Assembly (NCBI GenBank): GCA_002633005.1
Contig: NMRA01000001.1
Location: forward strand, 3,517,695 to 3,581,694
Source: Phoronis australis
Taxonomy: Eukaryota > Animalia > Phoronida
Direction: 5' to 3'
Length of the DNA: 64,000 nt
The notes under the pieces are model-generated. The model was given only the letters and a program-made list of their open reading frames with translations, ran no database searches and had not been told where the DNA came from. The stretch's first letter is position 1. The number at the start of each line of letters is the position of its first letter. This document shows positions 48,501 through 62,100 of the stretch, piece by piece. A program made the translations under genes and the position numbers.

Positions 48501-51500
48501 GTACTGCAATTTAACTGAATTGGAAATATATTAGACTGTTCTTCTTGCTATTCGACCCCCAGTGTGTAATTTGTTCGCCTAACGAAGCCAAGATTTTATT
48601 TGCGCCAGCGGTTTTGTCTATATCGACGAATAAATGTTACCAGTAATTGTGTTATAATGACGTCAAGCGCAGCAAGAAAGGCCACAAATTAACAACTCTT
48701 AGAAAAGTGCAACATGAATACGTGGCTTAATTAATGACACGCCTTTCTTTATGAAAATGGAGACCTGATAAAAGGTTAATTCACAATGTACTTCTAACAA
48801 CCTACGCTCGGGCTGATCACTTCTCACGATAGTATCAAAAAGGTAGATATGAAATTAAACACGTTCCAAGCAAAACGAAACGCATTATATTTTCTCCATG
48901 AATGCAAAATAATTTAACTTTACATTTTACATAAGCAAAAAAGATACGAAAACTAACTTACTAAATTATAGGCACTGCACTCTGGAATGATATCGCACGA
49001 AGAATATCCAAATTGCAGGCAAAAATTCGTCTGCTCGTTCTTCAAGTTCAAAACAAAACAGCTCAGCTTTTTGACCGAAACTTTCTTCGTTATCACTGCG
49101 TCGTACCGGTCGTTTGAGCAGCATTAGATAGAATAAATTGAAGTCGCCCATCCTTGGCTTAAATAGCATACCACGTAGCCTAGGAAACGGTATAATTAAT
49201 CGACATACTTCCGATTATCACACCACTTTTCCATTCGTTGAGCGTCGCTTGCCTGTCCGGTTGCATATCTCGTCAAGAAACCAGGCGAACCTGGAAATTG
49301 ACGAGAATGCGAAGCACGCAAGGAATGTCGGTGGCGTAAATATAGTTATACTGTGCTTTAGACGCAGTCATTCATAAAAGCAGTTAGCCCATTTACTTCG
49401 GCTAATTTGACTTGGCTTACAAGAGTTTTCCTCGCATTGGGTGATGTTACCGACGATTTGGCAAGAGATTGATTAAAATAAACCTGTTAGCGCAGTTTAT
49501 ACGTGTCGGTGATGCGAAACTGAGGCTTTTAAACTACCGGCAAATGCGTTTCATGCAAATCAATACATCGGAATTTTGTTCACGTCCATGTATACAGATA
49601 CAAATAAAATTATTGCGACAGTAAGCCTAGCGATGATGAAGTTAACTTGTGTTTTGTGTTCCTATTACTTTAATGTATTTGTGCGTCTTACTAGCGAATG
49701 TCATCTTGTTTATATCGCCAGTGTACACTTTCAGAAAAGCCCAGCTGCTTCATAGATACGAACCTGTCTCACCTGAAAAGTAAAAACACGCGGTAATTAG
49801 TGTTACGCTCCACTTATTTGGCTTAAATATTTCGCACATCTGAGTCTCGAGCATGCGAATCGGTGAGACTATTTATAAACTGGCTTGTTATTTTCGTAAG
49901 ACTGTTTTCTTGTAAACAACGTGTGAAATTTGACTAAAAGTTAATATTACACAATCCTGAGGTTTCAAAAGGCACAGCGATCTCATAGGATCAAAATTTG
50001 TTACCAGGATGTAAAACGGGATAAAATCATAGCTCAAAGTTGTCGACTTTGAGGCGTTAATATAATCACCTCGTATGAGCTTGGTCCTCGTTGACAACGA
50101 TGTAAAATATTAATTTTAAGGTTCACTGTGCCCCGAAGTTTCCTCTGTTTCGTCGAGACAGTTGAAGTCATGGAAATTAGACAAGGTCATATATTTTGCT
50201 TACTGTTTTGGCCTGGGCTGGGATATTTTTCAAAAGAAACAGTTGTAAGCATGCAATTAAATTCTAGTTGAAGTTTATCTTCATCCTGGTCGTCGTTGTT
50301 GTCTTAACTGCCATCGCTATTATTGTCGTCGATGCATGTTAGCAGTCCTCACATGACCCCTAACTTAAATGACGGAATACCGGAAAAAGGAATTGTTGTG
50401 CCAAACAACGAGGCGGATAAGCGAACAGGACGTGTTACCATTTTTAGTATTCTGGGTGTGAAGACCGACACACAACCGTCAGCGCATGCCTCTTAGTTAT
50501 CCACGCTTAACTAATAATAATGTTACGCAATAAGATAGCAAGCGGTAGTACGGGAAAGTCCCAATATTTTGAAAATCTTGAGGATTTCCTAGAACGGCTT
50601 CTTATAGCATTAATCACGTTACACCAGTTTTGGTTTTTATTGACAAAGCGGAAGCCCTCCAATAGGGGCTGCTGGATCATTTATTTGGATCTCCGACGCC
50701 GATTCCTCGGAAAGATTTATATAAAGGCGAATAAGGCTACTTCTGGGGGATCGGTACGCGACAGGATTCTATATGTTAGGCAATCGTTGAGAAATTCTGA
50801 GAAGACAGTTATTCTCAAGTTACTCTGGATCTTTGACCTGTGCTCAACTTGAAACGAAGGCTAACTAGATTTTGTGCGATGGCCATGACCCGGGAATACG
50901 CCGCGTGGGGCATCTGCAATTGCGGCGTGTGGAAATTACATATTTTTTTAAGCGGCTATAAACCCTCGCGCAGTGGAAGAATAAAATTTCAATTTGTTCT
51001 TTGCTCATATAACACGCAATTTCTGGTTTTGGAAAGAATTTTACTGTTCGCTGTTGTTCAAGACCATGCCCGAAACATGACACGCTGCGGAAAATCGACT
51101 TGTAGAGACGCCAGTACGCAACAAGAGCAACGCGGAACGTTGATATGCCCCTACCGTGTACATCGCGTAAAGCGCAGATACAATAGATGAAGTTATGATT
51201 TATTATCAGTAAATGCAAAAGAGCCTCTCGGGTTTGAAAAGCAAGTCAACAATTCTCTCCTCAATAGAAACTCACCTTCTACTTTTCATCGAAATTAAAA
51301 TAGAAATGGCCAGTTGGCTGCGTACATAATTTAAGGAGAATGCCACCAAAAAAACGACGTATGAAAACGGGAAGGTGTCGTCGCCACTTTAAACAGAAAC
51401 GTGTCTGTCAAATTTCACGAAAACCTGTCTTAATAACAAACTGGCTATTCATTTCGAGCCCAGCTTTTTACAAAGGAAGAATTTGAATCCAATTTCCCCA

Positions 51501-52444
51501 TTTCATATTGGTAAGCGGTCTATGTCACACGTTGGTTTCTGTGACTGAAGTCGGTTAACAGCTGCTTATGAAATTGTTCGTCTACAGCACACCGGCAGAA
51601 TTGGTATCTTAATACTGCAAACTTTAATAATTATAATAACAATAAGGATATTGATAATGATGACAGTAAAAATAATTAATGATAATGATAATGATAATTA
51701 CCCGCTCAACTGGTTTGCCTGAGGTCAAGCTCAAATTTATCAAAAGTCTGAGAAACGCAGGGTTATGTTCTAACCAATTCCATATTCGATTATCCTATCA
51801 CGACTTCATCATCATCATCATCATCACGTTGTTTTCATTCCTGTTTCAAAACTAATGAACCTTGTTCGTGTCTCGATTTTTTATCTCGGTCGCCCAATGA
51901 ATCGTTCGTTATGGTCTATGGCTTGTGTGTGCAATAAACATTGAAAGACTGACCAAAAGCTTCCAATATTTCCACATCGAATTCGATTTCCAGTCATTAT
52001 TTGATTGTACTTTCAAAGTTTCCGCACAAATCCAAATTGTAAGAATTAAAACACAATCTGAAAAACGACTTACTTCCGAGTCAAACTTCTGCTTTTGCAA
52101 CGGAAAAGTCCGGTCCGGCGTCACAGCTCGTGACACGCACGTGGGTTCTCGCTCCTGTCTTAGGAAAGGTGGACAAGTCTTCTAAAAGAATAATTTTCCG
52201 AGAATGAACACACTACCGTCGCCAACCTTCATTATTCACTGCCTACTGTCCAATTCAATGTCCTTTAGAGTTGGTGTTTAGTTTTTGGGTTACAACGTCC
52301 TGACCTGAAGGAAGAAGGCAACATATAAAAAATGTGATTACTGCTGCCGTGCTACCTGGTGACAATTTCATCGACTAGTCGGCCACCCACAGAGGACGCT
52401 CGGCTGACCGGTTTCGCAAGAAAATTTTCAAGCCATCTTTTGAC

Positions 52445-53731
52445 AAGGTGCTCCATCCGAATTTGAACCCCGGTGTTAAACAGACAACCCGGAGTCAAAA
52501 ACAGACCCTCACACTTTCAAAACAGCTAACCAGCCCGAAAAAAAACACGAACCCCGATCTTTGAAACAGGAAACCCAGAGATCGGAAACACCACTCCCGC
52601 ACTTTCTGTCAAACATTGTTTATCTCAAGAAATTAGTACTTTAGTACCTTTAAAGTGTTTTGTGTTCATACGACATGTATCAATTTCATATTTTATTGGA
52701 AAATAAATCTTCCTACTTTAAGTAGTTGTGATATGTTGTTCATTTACATGGGCATTTTAGACAACCTATGACCGATTAGCGTAGGCCTACCTATTTTGCT
52801 GTTAAAGTTGTGGTGCGATCTTTTGCGTCGGTTTCGGCGCCATGAATTATTGAAGCTTCTATTGGCCAGTTTCTTTTTTCCCCAATTCTTCAATCAACTG
52901 TTCTTTTTCCACGAGGTTGCGTCCATGTCACAACAAATTACCGCAACAGATATCATTTCGTTACAAGTTTGTAGTATTATAATTTCAACAAACCGAATTT
53001 CAGAACAAAATGCAACTGCAAGTTGCAGTAGTGATTCGCCAAAAGGAGTGTGAATGCGTTGAGTTTAGAATTTCTGATTTCAAATTCCGTTTTAATGACC
53101 GATTAGGAGTTCAAGTGCACTTTTCTGAGGGCAAGATCGGTGAAATTGGTGACGGTGCAGGCCTTTTGAATGACAAATTCTCGCGGTCCATTTCAAAATC
53201 CGGAGATTGATTGTGCCGAAAATAATGTACTCTCGACAAGTAAATCGACGAACCCTGAAATGCGACCAATTGTAAAGACATTTAAAGAAATTCATTGACA
53301 ATGGCGCTCGAAAGTCGAAATAATATTCTTGTATATCATTTTTGAAAGCATGTTTGGAGAAACTATTGAACAATCTGAAATTCACTAACTATTCACCAAA
53401 ATAACAACGTGTTGAGAGTATACTAGATTATGTTGAAATTCGGCTACAGTGCAGTTGCGCGGGTTTTACCGATAGAAATCAAATAATGAAGGCAATATAA
53501 TACAGGTTACGTTTTATTGTAGATAATTTTTAACAGAAAAATACAGAAAACTCCTGGAAAGTACTTGAAGATGCTTTAATTCAAAGTTTGAGGCTACCTA
53601 CATCGTCTCGGGTTTCCAGTCCGATCACCGGGGTTTCTGTTTTAAATGTTGGGGTTTGTGTTTTCGGGCTGGTTAGCTGTTTTGAAGGTGCGGGGCCTGT
53701 TTTCGACTCCGGGACATCTGTTTTACACTGG
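52445..53731. mobile_element. TIR DNA element, longer copy of the 21223-21952 family
   Basis: Shared blocks (cttcaaaacagctaaccagcccgaaaaa, tgtgttcatacgacatgtatcaatttca, cgcggtccatttcaaaatccgga); long inverted termini; extra internal sequence. Confidence 0.8.
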
Positions 53732-56700
53732 CATTGTAACACCCTGTGTGACTCTTTTACGAAATAACTAGTGAAAAACAAGTCACTGATCTCCACCAAA
53801 CTTTAATAATTTGAAGACACTTATACGTCATGGAAACCTGTGATTCGTGACAGGCTGTGATACTTGATAAAAACGTTGGGTTTTCTTAGGCATTTCGTCA
53901 TTTTAACCTCTTGGCCGAGCAAACAACTATCGTATATCGTTACATCCCTATCAAGAATCCGATTTTTATTTTGTATTTTGCTTTAAGACTCGATGGCGAA
54001 ATGCACATTTATCTTAAAAATAGCGGGTAAATGGCGAAAATAGCGCTTTTTCATTCATGAAGTTATGGTATTATTGCCGTTTTGTTTTAACATGGAATCT
54101 TTCTGTTCACACTCAAGCAATATCTCGCGTTATCTTGCGAAGTTTTGCTTTTCTAGAGAGGTCTTAGGGCCACTGAATTCTACCCTGATTGGTTCTTAAT
54201 TATGACAACCGACTTACTAACCAATCGAATGCCTTAGCCGGACGAACTGGAGGAGTGAATGAAATGCAACCCCTGTTCATTGGAGGACAGACACCCATTT
54301 AAGCAGAGATTCAACAAGCTATAGATAGGCAACACCGCCTTGTGTTTACATGATTATTACAATCATCTCGAACTATGAAGACTCGACGCTGCGAATAAAA
54401 TAACCCTGGAGTTCGTTTAAAGTAAACGTCTAAACACTAAAGAAAAAAAATTGGACTTAGGCTCCAACTTCTCAACTTCTGAACAAAGGTTTAGTCGAGT
54501 AATTATAAAGGCATCGCCGTCTAGAAACAATTCATAGATATTATTTCAGTTTCAGAGATTCTGCAGTCTGCTCAAGTGAGATTTAAATATTTTTCGAAAT
54601 CAGCCGTGTGGAGCTTAAGACTAAATTTCTAACTTAAGCCTTAGGTCACTTTCTATGAAGCAGACCCATGGACTTAGAACTTTGTCGTTGGAAACACGAA
54701 GGGTGACGAGTTTGGATGCATCATTCATCGCTGTAACGACAGCAATAACAATAATAACAACGACGACAAGGGAAGAACTACAAGAACAACAAAAATGGCA
54801 ATAAAAACACTAACAATACTACCATTATTTCTGCTATTAATAATAACAATTGTATTTCTAATAAAATAATGGAAATAAGTAATAAAAACAAACATAATGA
54901 GTTGTTTTTATTCATTGTTTTCTTATTTTCAAGTTTACACCAGTATTTTTAAAAACGTTTTTCATTTCATAAAGTCGCACAGAAACATTTCGTGAATAAC
55001 ATCACATTGATGGGATTCATGAAGTCAAACTGGAAAAGGAAATAAGTTTCAACAATGTCTATAATTGGATATTTCTCAATTTTGAAGCCAAAAAAGTATT
55101 GATGTTTGCTTCACGTTCCGGGTAACCGCACAAGGATGTATCAGCAGTTTTCCTGCTCTAAAAGTAAACATATCCTCTTTCACTTTTAGCAAGCACGTTG
55201 TGTCACGAGGTGCTCTGGCGACCAATAAGAAACACCAATCCTTCTTCTGACGGTTACGTACATAGTAACAATGAAATAAAAATTTGTTGATGTAAAAACG
55301 ACTAGTCTCTTTTCGCGGGAGAAATAGATGCATGTACCGTCACACAAAAAGGAAAACAAACACTAAAGACCTACTGACTGTTGAACACATAATATACTGC
55401 CTTCCATAAATGCTCTTAAGATAGGGATTAAATATGAAGAAGCTTCTTCAACTCGAAGCTTCTTTCTGTAAGAAAGATCAAGTACGTCATTTCAGAACGT
55501 CAAAGCCACCTGCCAGTGTAAAGGTCAAAGTAAAACAGCACCAATTTCCAAGAAATCAAACCGGCGACAGAAAACTAACACCATAGCTCCACTCGGTCCA
55601 CAATTCGGAACCTCTGTAAATCGTGTAGTGTTTGGACCACTAGCTTGTGTGGTAGAATAATAAATTTTTTCTCCTCACCCATTTTAGTAATTTTGAAGTG
55701 GTGCTGGTCTACTCGCAGTGTAGAAATAAAAAATGAAAATGATCACTCTCCTGTGTCGATATGCTCAGAGATGTTAGCGCAATAAAAATACTTTAACTTT
55801 CTTCTGATTGCTATAATACTTGTCATTTTCAATAGGTGTAGGAAATAATATTTATCAGTACTGACAGATTTCAAAAACGACATTTTTATTCCTTTTCACG
55901 AATTACTAAAACAATTCTAATTTCATACACAAAGTAAATCATTTTCTTGGAAATTTTTCAATATTATTCTACTGCTTCAGTCTGGGAGTAATATACTAAT
56001 ATATTGGTCCTAGGTTTCAGCCTACTTGTGAAACCTACGAAACAAACTATTTTGTAACCAGGTGACAACTGGGCAGATTGAAACAGCTCTGAGTCCTGCT
56101 CGCTACAGCCATTTATCTGAGCAGCAAGCTCTATGCATGAGTCAATAGTGCGAGAGTGTGTTCAGGGAAGATATGAGCAAAATTACGAGAATCACACCAG
56201 TGTGAGAATGGTACGATTAAATAAAAACTTTTGACAGACCGTCGCCTTTAGATGTTTTGTAATGATAACTGACAGCGATTTGTGTTTCAGCGCCAAACTC
56301 CAAGTTTACATGACGCCCACATTGATCACGGTAGTAAAAAATAGACAAACATTTCAAATTCTGAGACCATAATACTAGTTTGTAAAATATTCCACGTATA
56401 AAAATCAATTTGGTAACATGGAAAAAGTCGAGTAATGCTCCTTAACAGATCGTTCCTTAGTGTTTTGTCGGGTACATTCAGCCTCAATTTGACGCCTTTA
56501 GCGACATCTGTGTTGAGATTATCTCAGACAGATGTATTGGTCAACATCAAACAAGACGTGACCTGAAACTTATCTTTGTGGTTAATGTGTCTTTTCTTAA
56601 TGACAATAAACGCTAATTATACAAGAACAAAAAGATGCAAAAATCGTTGCATCGTCAGCGAAGGCCTCGTGAGTATTCGCGCAAACTATTGCTGTCTGAA

Positions 56701-56789
56701 TAGGTGCATTTTATAACGTTTTATTAATCAACATCGTCATCTTCGTCGTTATCATCATCAATACTGACACACTCTTCCCGCCCTTAATA

Positions 56790-57184
56790 AGTAGCAGTTT
56801 ACAGACCATGGGTCACAGGTAGAGCGGCAGAAGAGGATTGGAGATCATTTGCCACTAGTCTGGAAAAACACACTTACCAAGAGCCGCCAAATTATTACTA
56901 CGAATCAAAACCCTCACCACCCTCTACAAACTCTTTCCAAGGAGTGTAGTACTACACTCCTTGTTCTTACCACGCACCGTGATAATTCCAACAAGCTCTT
57001 GCCACGGAGCCACTTGAAAATCCTCGATTTCGCGATCGATATAAAATGTGCATGTAGTGACAACATGTGGAAACGGGATGGCAAGGTCACTAAATTCGTA
57101 ACTTGCACTAAAAATTGTCCTTGCTTAGAGTCTGTGATTGGAGTTCAGGTTCAGTGCTCAACCCCTGAATGTTACCACAATTAG
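56790..57184 (+). pseudogene. Possible Academ-type transposase C-terminal remnant (Cys-rich finger)
   Basis: TDHGSQVE...LPLVW followed by IKCACS...CTKNCPCLE...CSTPECYHN*, resembling the end of XPG/PIN plus Cys8-finger transposases. Confidence 0.35.
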
Positions 57185-57558
57185 GCTTCTACAGTTACAA
57201 AAAATTTCAATTATTTAATATAAAAAGCATTTTCTTGAATTCGAGATGAGAGACGTTTGAAAAGTTCGCGAGTGCGTGGAACACACGATGCTCATTAAGG
57301 CCAGTTTATCAAAATTTCGTGATTGACTGACAATGCACCACTGGCGGTGCTTTCGCGTACATGTCGTTGGCAAAAACGTATTTGTGACATACTGTTGATA
57401 ATTTCTACTAATGAACCCCGACTATTTTTTGTAGAAAAAACTATAGTCGTAGCAGAAGTACATGATGCGTGTGCATAAAACTGTCAACGCTGGAGAAAAT
57501 TGTAACAAACTAAAACTGTCTCGAGAAATTTATTTTTATTAAGGATGATGTAAATAAT

Positions 57559-57634
57559 TTTGACGGATTTGCACTGCTTTGACGGATTTACACTATTTTG
57601 ACGGATTTACACTATTTTGACGGATTTACACTAC
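57559..57634. repeat. 19-bp minisatellite, 4 copies
   Basis: Unit tttgacggatttacactat with minor variants. Confidence 0.9.
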
Positions 57635-57712
57635 TTTCCGCCACAAAACTCATCTCAACTTGTTGCAGTTACTCAGGTGAGAAGTGGTTTCTGGCCTTCG
57701 GACGTGCTTGAC

Positions 57713-57870
57713 CAGGGTAGAGTTCAGTAACGCTAGGACCTACTCTAGGACCTCTGCTAAATTTTAGCCAAAATCACGTGGGCTCATTCAAAATACACAG
57801 CAATATCTCATGTAATCAGGCGAAGTCTTGCCTTTTAGCGAGGTCCTAGTGTTGCTGTACTATACCCAAG
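57713..57870. mobile_element. Harbinger-type MITE family, copy 2
   Basis: GGGTAGAGTTCAGTAACGCTAGGACCT...AGGTCCTAGTGTTGCTGTACTATACCC; same internal core. Confidence 0.7.
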
Positions 57871-58951
57871 TTTAGCGTATGAACTATTTGCCGTGATAAG
57901 TCACCGTGTTGCTCCCTCTAGCAAGCAGTAACGAACTGTCAATTCTTTTCAAGCACAGAAACCATCTATAGTTCAATCTGAATGTATGTGACAAGTTGAA
58001 AACAATTTCCAAATCATCTAAGTTTGTGTTTTGACGGATGACAGGATTGTAGCAACTGTATTGCTTTTATGTGGTACCAATACTTGCTTCCATTGACACT
58101 GACTAACACCAGTAGTTAAATCAATCTATTGTTTAGCAACGTGTGGGGCTCATTAAATAATTATGTAAAATTTTGAAATAGTTGACTCTTCCTACAGGCA
58201 CAGAGACCGCCATCAAAATGACGCCATTGACTCCCTAATGACGTAGAATTGCGATAACGTTTGGAATTCAAGACCCACGCGACATCACCTAAGTAAGGTA
58301 ATGTCGGAGAAAAGACTCGTGCTGAAATACAATTCAAGAGACTCAAACTGGAAATTAATTCAAATGTTGAGCGACAATACGTCATAACGTTCAAAATCGG
58401 TCCTGATAATAAATCTATCTGATTACTACGAACGAAGCAAGAAGCAATCACTGCGATAAAACGATTAACTAACTCGCAGAATCGTTACACACTTTTCCTT
58501 TCAGACATTCGTTATACTTATAATCAAAGGCAGCATCATTCAATCCGACGTCGAGTTATAAATTTATTATGAGTATTCATCCATTTTGAAATACACCTTG
58601 TTGTTACGAGCAGTCCAACATTTTTTCTTTATGGTACTTCCCAAAATGTAAACAAATCTCTTGGACAAAAATAAACCTTTGGAGGTGTTCTTCGTTTTCT
58701 TTCTCTCACTTGTTGCCTCATATCGTCGATTTCATTCAATTTCTCCTAGATTGGTTCTCTAGAGTGCTTTCATTATCTTTCTGAAGCTTTCATCACTTTC
58801 GGGCTATGAGTTATTAAGATCATCTTGAAGGCAAATTATGTAAAGAAGCGTAATTAAAATCGCAGTATGCGGACCATATTTACTGTACTGCAGCACAATG
58901 TTTCATAAAAAGCCATCACTTAATTGTCGTCACTAAATGCAAAGAAACGCG

Positions 58952-59152
58952 TATTCACTATTTGCACGAATTCGCTATTATGCTCCAAAACGAGGCTGTT
59001 GTGTCCAAACCACAGATGGTTCTGTGTGTTTGGAACACACGCGCGCTTTCACATTTGCGTTAAAATTGACGGTAAAACGAAGCATTGTGTCCTTAACAAC
59101 AATGCATAACAATTATTTTTGTAGCAACACCAAAGCGTGCAAATAGTGAATA
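58952..59152. mobile_element. ~200-bp MITE with perfect 17-bp inverted ends
   Basis: TATTCACTATTTGCACG...CGTGCAAATAGTGAATA. Confidence 0.7.
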
Positions 59153-62100
59153 TCACGAAGACTTTGAATGCGACTTATATTTCTCCCTTCTTCGTGAGAA
59201 TGATATGCGCTTCGAAATTTGGGCTCCGTCCTAAGGCAGTCCTGTGGATATGCGGGAGCATTCATTGTTTGTAGATCTTTTACATGATCAGTTACAGGTC
59301 CCCAAACGAATAAATCCTATTGTATGAGGATTGATGCAAGACAAATGGTTTGTTTGTATTATAATGTTACAGAGCATTAACGGAAACATTGTCCGCATTA
59401 ACTGGTCACCTTAACCCAGATCACTAAGCTATGAGTCATTCTTTGTCACTGCAGTTACTGTAATTAAAACATATGCATGCTTTATCGACAACATACCACA
59501 CCTGTGAGTAAACATAAGCGGATTTAGGGGGGGAGGGGTCCTCCCCCCTTGGCGGCCGTAAACTGACTAAAGCAGCACAGGCGTGAGGAAATGTTGAGTT
59601 CATTAATTAATCCCGGTAATTAAAATTATAAGGCGCCGAAACAAGATTTGACAATGTGTGGAGTTTTAGTTTGTGTGCGNGGGGGGGGGCTGGGCCTCAG
59701 ACCCGATTTCAAGTGTCTGATATAGACAACCGGCGCAATCGTAACGGTAACTGTGGCTAAGTAATGTCGCTCCCGGTTGATATGCGCGTGATACCCCAGG
59801 CAAGCGGCAGTGGCGCTACGCATTATCACTCCGTTTCCATCGTCTGCTCCACTGTGCAATGAGAATAATTACATCATTTTCAATGAAAGGGAAACTGAGT
59901 AACGATCAAGAAACGGAAGCTGCTGGTAAGATGTGAAGAAGGTGAAAAGCTGTTTTTATTGGCAACTTGACGAATTGAAAATTTGCCGAGTGACGACGTC
60001 GGATTACAGAATGCGATCTGGGTAGTGCGATTTTATCACGCTAGTCCGTCGCAATAGCGACCTGGCCAAAGTAGAGCCCTCGATGATACTTCAGAGATCA
60101 ATGAAAATGCTTGTTTTCAGAGGCAAAAACAAAACTTGACCCTGGACAAAAGGGAGGAACCTCCTTTCGGACCTCCCCCCCTTTCGGCGTTACGCGCCTC
60201 TTCAATCACGCTTTGCGTGATTGCCTACGAGACGAAATATTGCACCCCCTTAAAGTCCTGGTCTCGCACGTTGTTAACCCTTATTACATAGCTAGAGGAT
60301 GTTATAAGGATCCAAGAAGTACCTACCCCATAACTAATACACGATCCGTACACGAAAAAAGTTTAAATGAACGCGCCACTCACGATTCGCACCCCAAGAA
60401 CCACCGCCATTTTGAACTTGCCGCGAACCTGGAAGTACAACTCATTCAGGAACCCAGGCTAAGAAAACGCCGTCAGTGTGAATGGACGAGTGCCTGTTAC
60501 CGCCTGCAAACGGGGATAAAATAATGGACAGTGCGCCTTAAATTTAATAAAATCAAAATACGGACAATTTTATCGAATTTGCTGAAGAAATGTGGCGAAT
60601 AAATTTTGACAGAAATTATTTTGCCGGACTCGGAACCGCAGACTATTGGACCCGGTGCGGATCAAGACAAGACACTGGCGAACGGTAAAGGCATGCGGTT
60701 GCAAGCTGTTTTGTCGAAGTGAAATGTTCATCAAATCATAAATGCCGTATATATTCAAAGTTAGTTTCAGACACTTGCATAAAATTACGGACTAGTTAAT
60801 CCCGTGTCTCACTGCCGCGGCAGCCCTTAGCTAGCCTCAGTGCCAGCTACCAGTATGAAAACTACCGTCAAAATACAACTAGCTTGTTAGTAGGCCCATA
60901 CAGCTTTGGGCCAAGGCTACCCTTAGGCCTACCTGGTGGCTGGCCACAGCGCTCGCTGAAACGAGGTTTATTTATAGCTTGGGTACTTCTGGCGAACTGT
61001 GCAAAGTTGTTGGCTTTCAACAGAGATTTTCCCAGACTTTATATGAGCGCACCAAGCTTAAAAAATGGGGGGGCTGGAATTTTTGGGAATGTCTATCTTT
61101 TACTATAAGTTTCACTGGGTATGTTCAGAGTTATGAATTGCAGACGCTAAATTTTGGTACTTCCTGTCTTCTAGTGAAATATCGTCTCGTTTTCTACTTT
61201 TTTCAGAGTTCGTGCTTCTCTGGCTGAGGCAGACCTTTTTCTATTTCTCCAAATAGGGGGCTCGTTCGAGCACATAAGTATGACAAGTCCAATACAAAAT
61301 GTTATCATTTTTTATTCATTAAGCCAAAATGATTCAAACTTTTAACATAATAAGTAACTTAAAATGCACAATACTTTACAACGATTAGCATGATAAACAC
61401 TATTCAACAGCAAAAGTTTCCACAATATGAAAGTGGACATACATGTAACTATTACCATGGTGACTGAATAGTGTTTCCTTACACCAGAATTTGACAAGCA
61501 TGATTAAAAAAACATGAAGTTGCAAGGAACAAGAATTGGAGGCTTGAAGCTTCACAATCCAACAGCTAATTTCTCAAATTAAGATTATTCATATTGTTGA
61601 CTTGATAACCTGAATTAAGAAGCAATTAGTTACAAAACGTGACTTGAAAGCAATTGTGACTTAAAATTTAGAAAAAATATGAATCATTTTGTGACACCTA
61701 ATCAAGCCTTGAACAGCAGTTGACAGTCAAAAAAAAAACATTTCAAAATTATTTCAACTATTTTTTAGCTTAGTGTAAGATCACCTGAATGGGAAATTCA
61801 CAGTAAAATAATTCGAATTATCTTATATTTTTGCACAAAAAACACGAAAATTGAACAAAGTTCCTTTTTTGTAGCAACGTTTGTCAAAATGTATCAACGT
61901 TAAATCTTCACAAATTACAAAGTAACAGGTTGAACATGCCTTCCTGTTCAGGAAAAGTCGCCATGCTGTCGGTGCCGCCAGAAATGAGACTAAGTCCAAC
62001 GAGAAATGTGAGCACATTTATCACTTAATGAGTAACAACTGCGAGGTTGAAATTTGGTGAACACTGTTGAAGCGTGCAGAATAATAAGTAAAGATATGTT

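Noticed and set aside
53840-53862. miR-2-like TATCACAGCCTG on the minus strand
   Set aside because: No complementary 5' arm upstream, so no pre-miRNA hairpin.
57559-57634. Short repeat array as CRISPR-like
   Set aside because: Head-to-tail units without spacers, in eukaryotic DNA.
61823-62017. Minus-strand ORF with several Cys (ACSTC...)
   Set aside because: Spacing lacks the CC pair and the N-terminus is not a convincing signal peptide.
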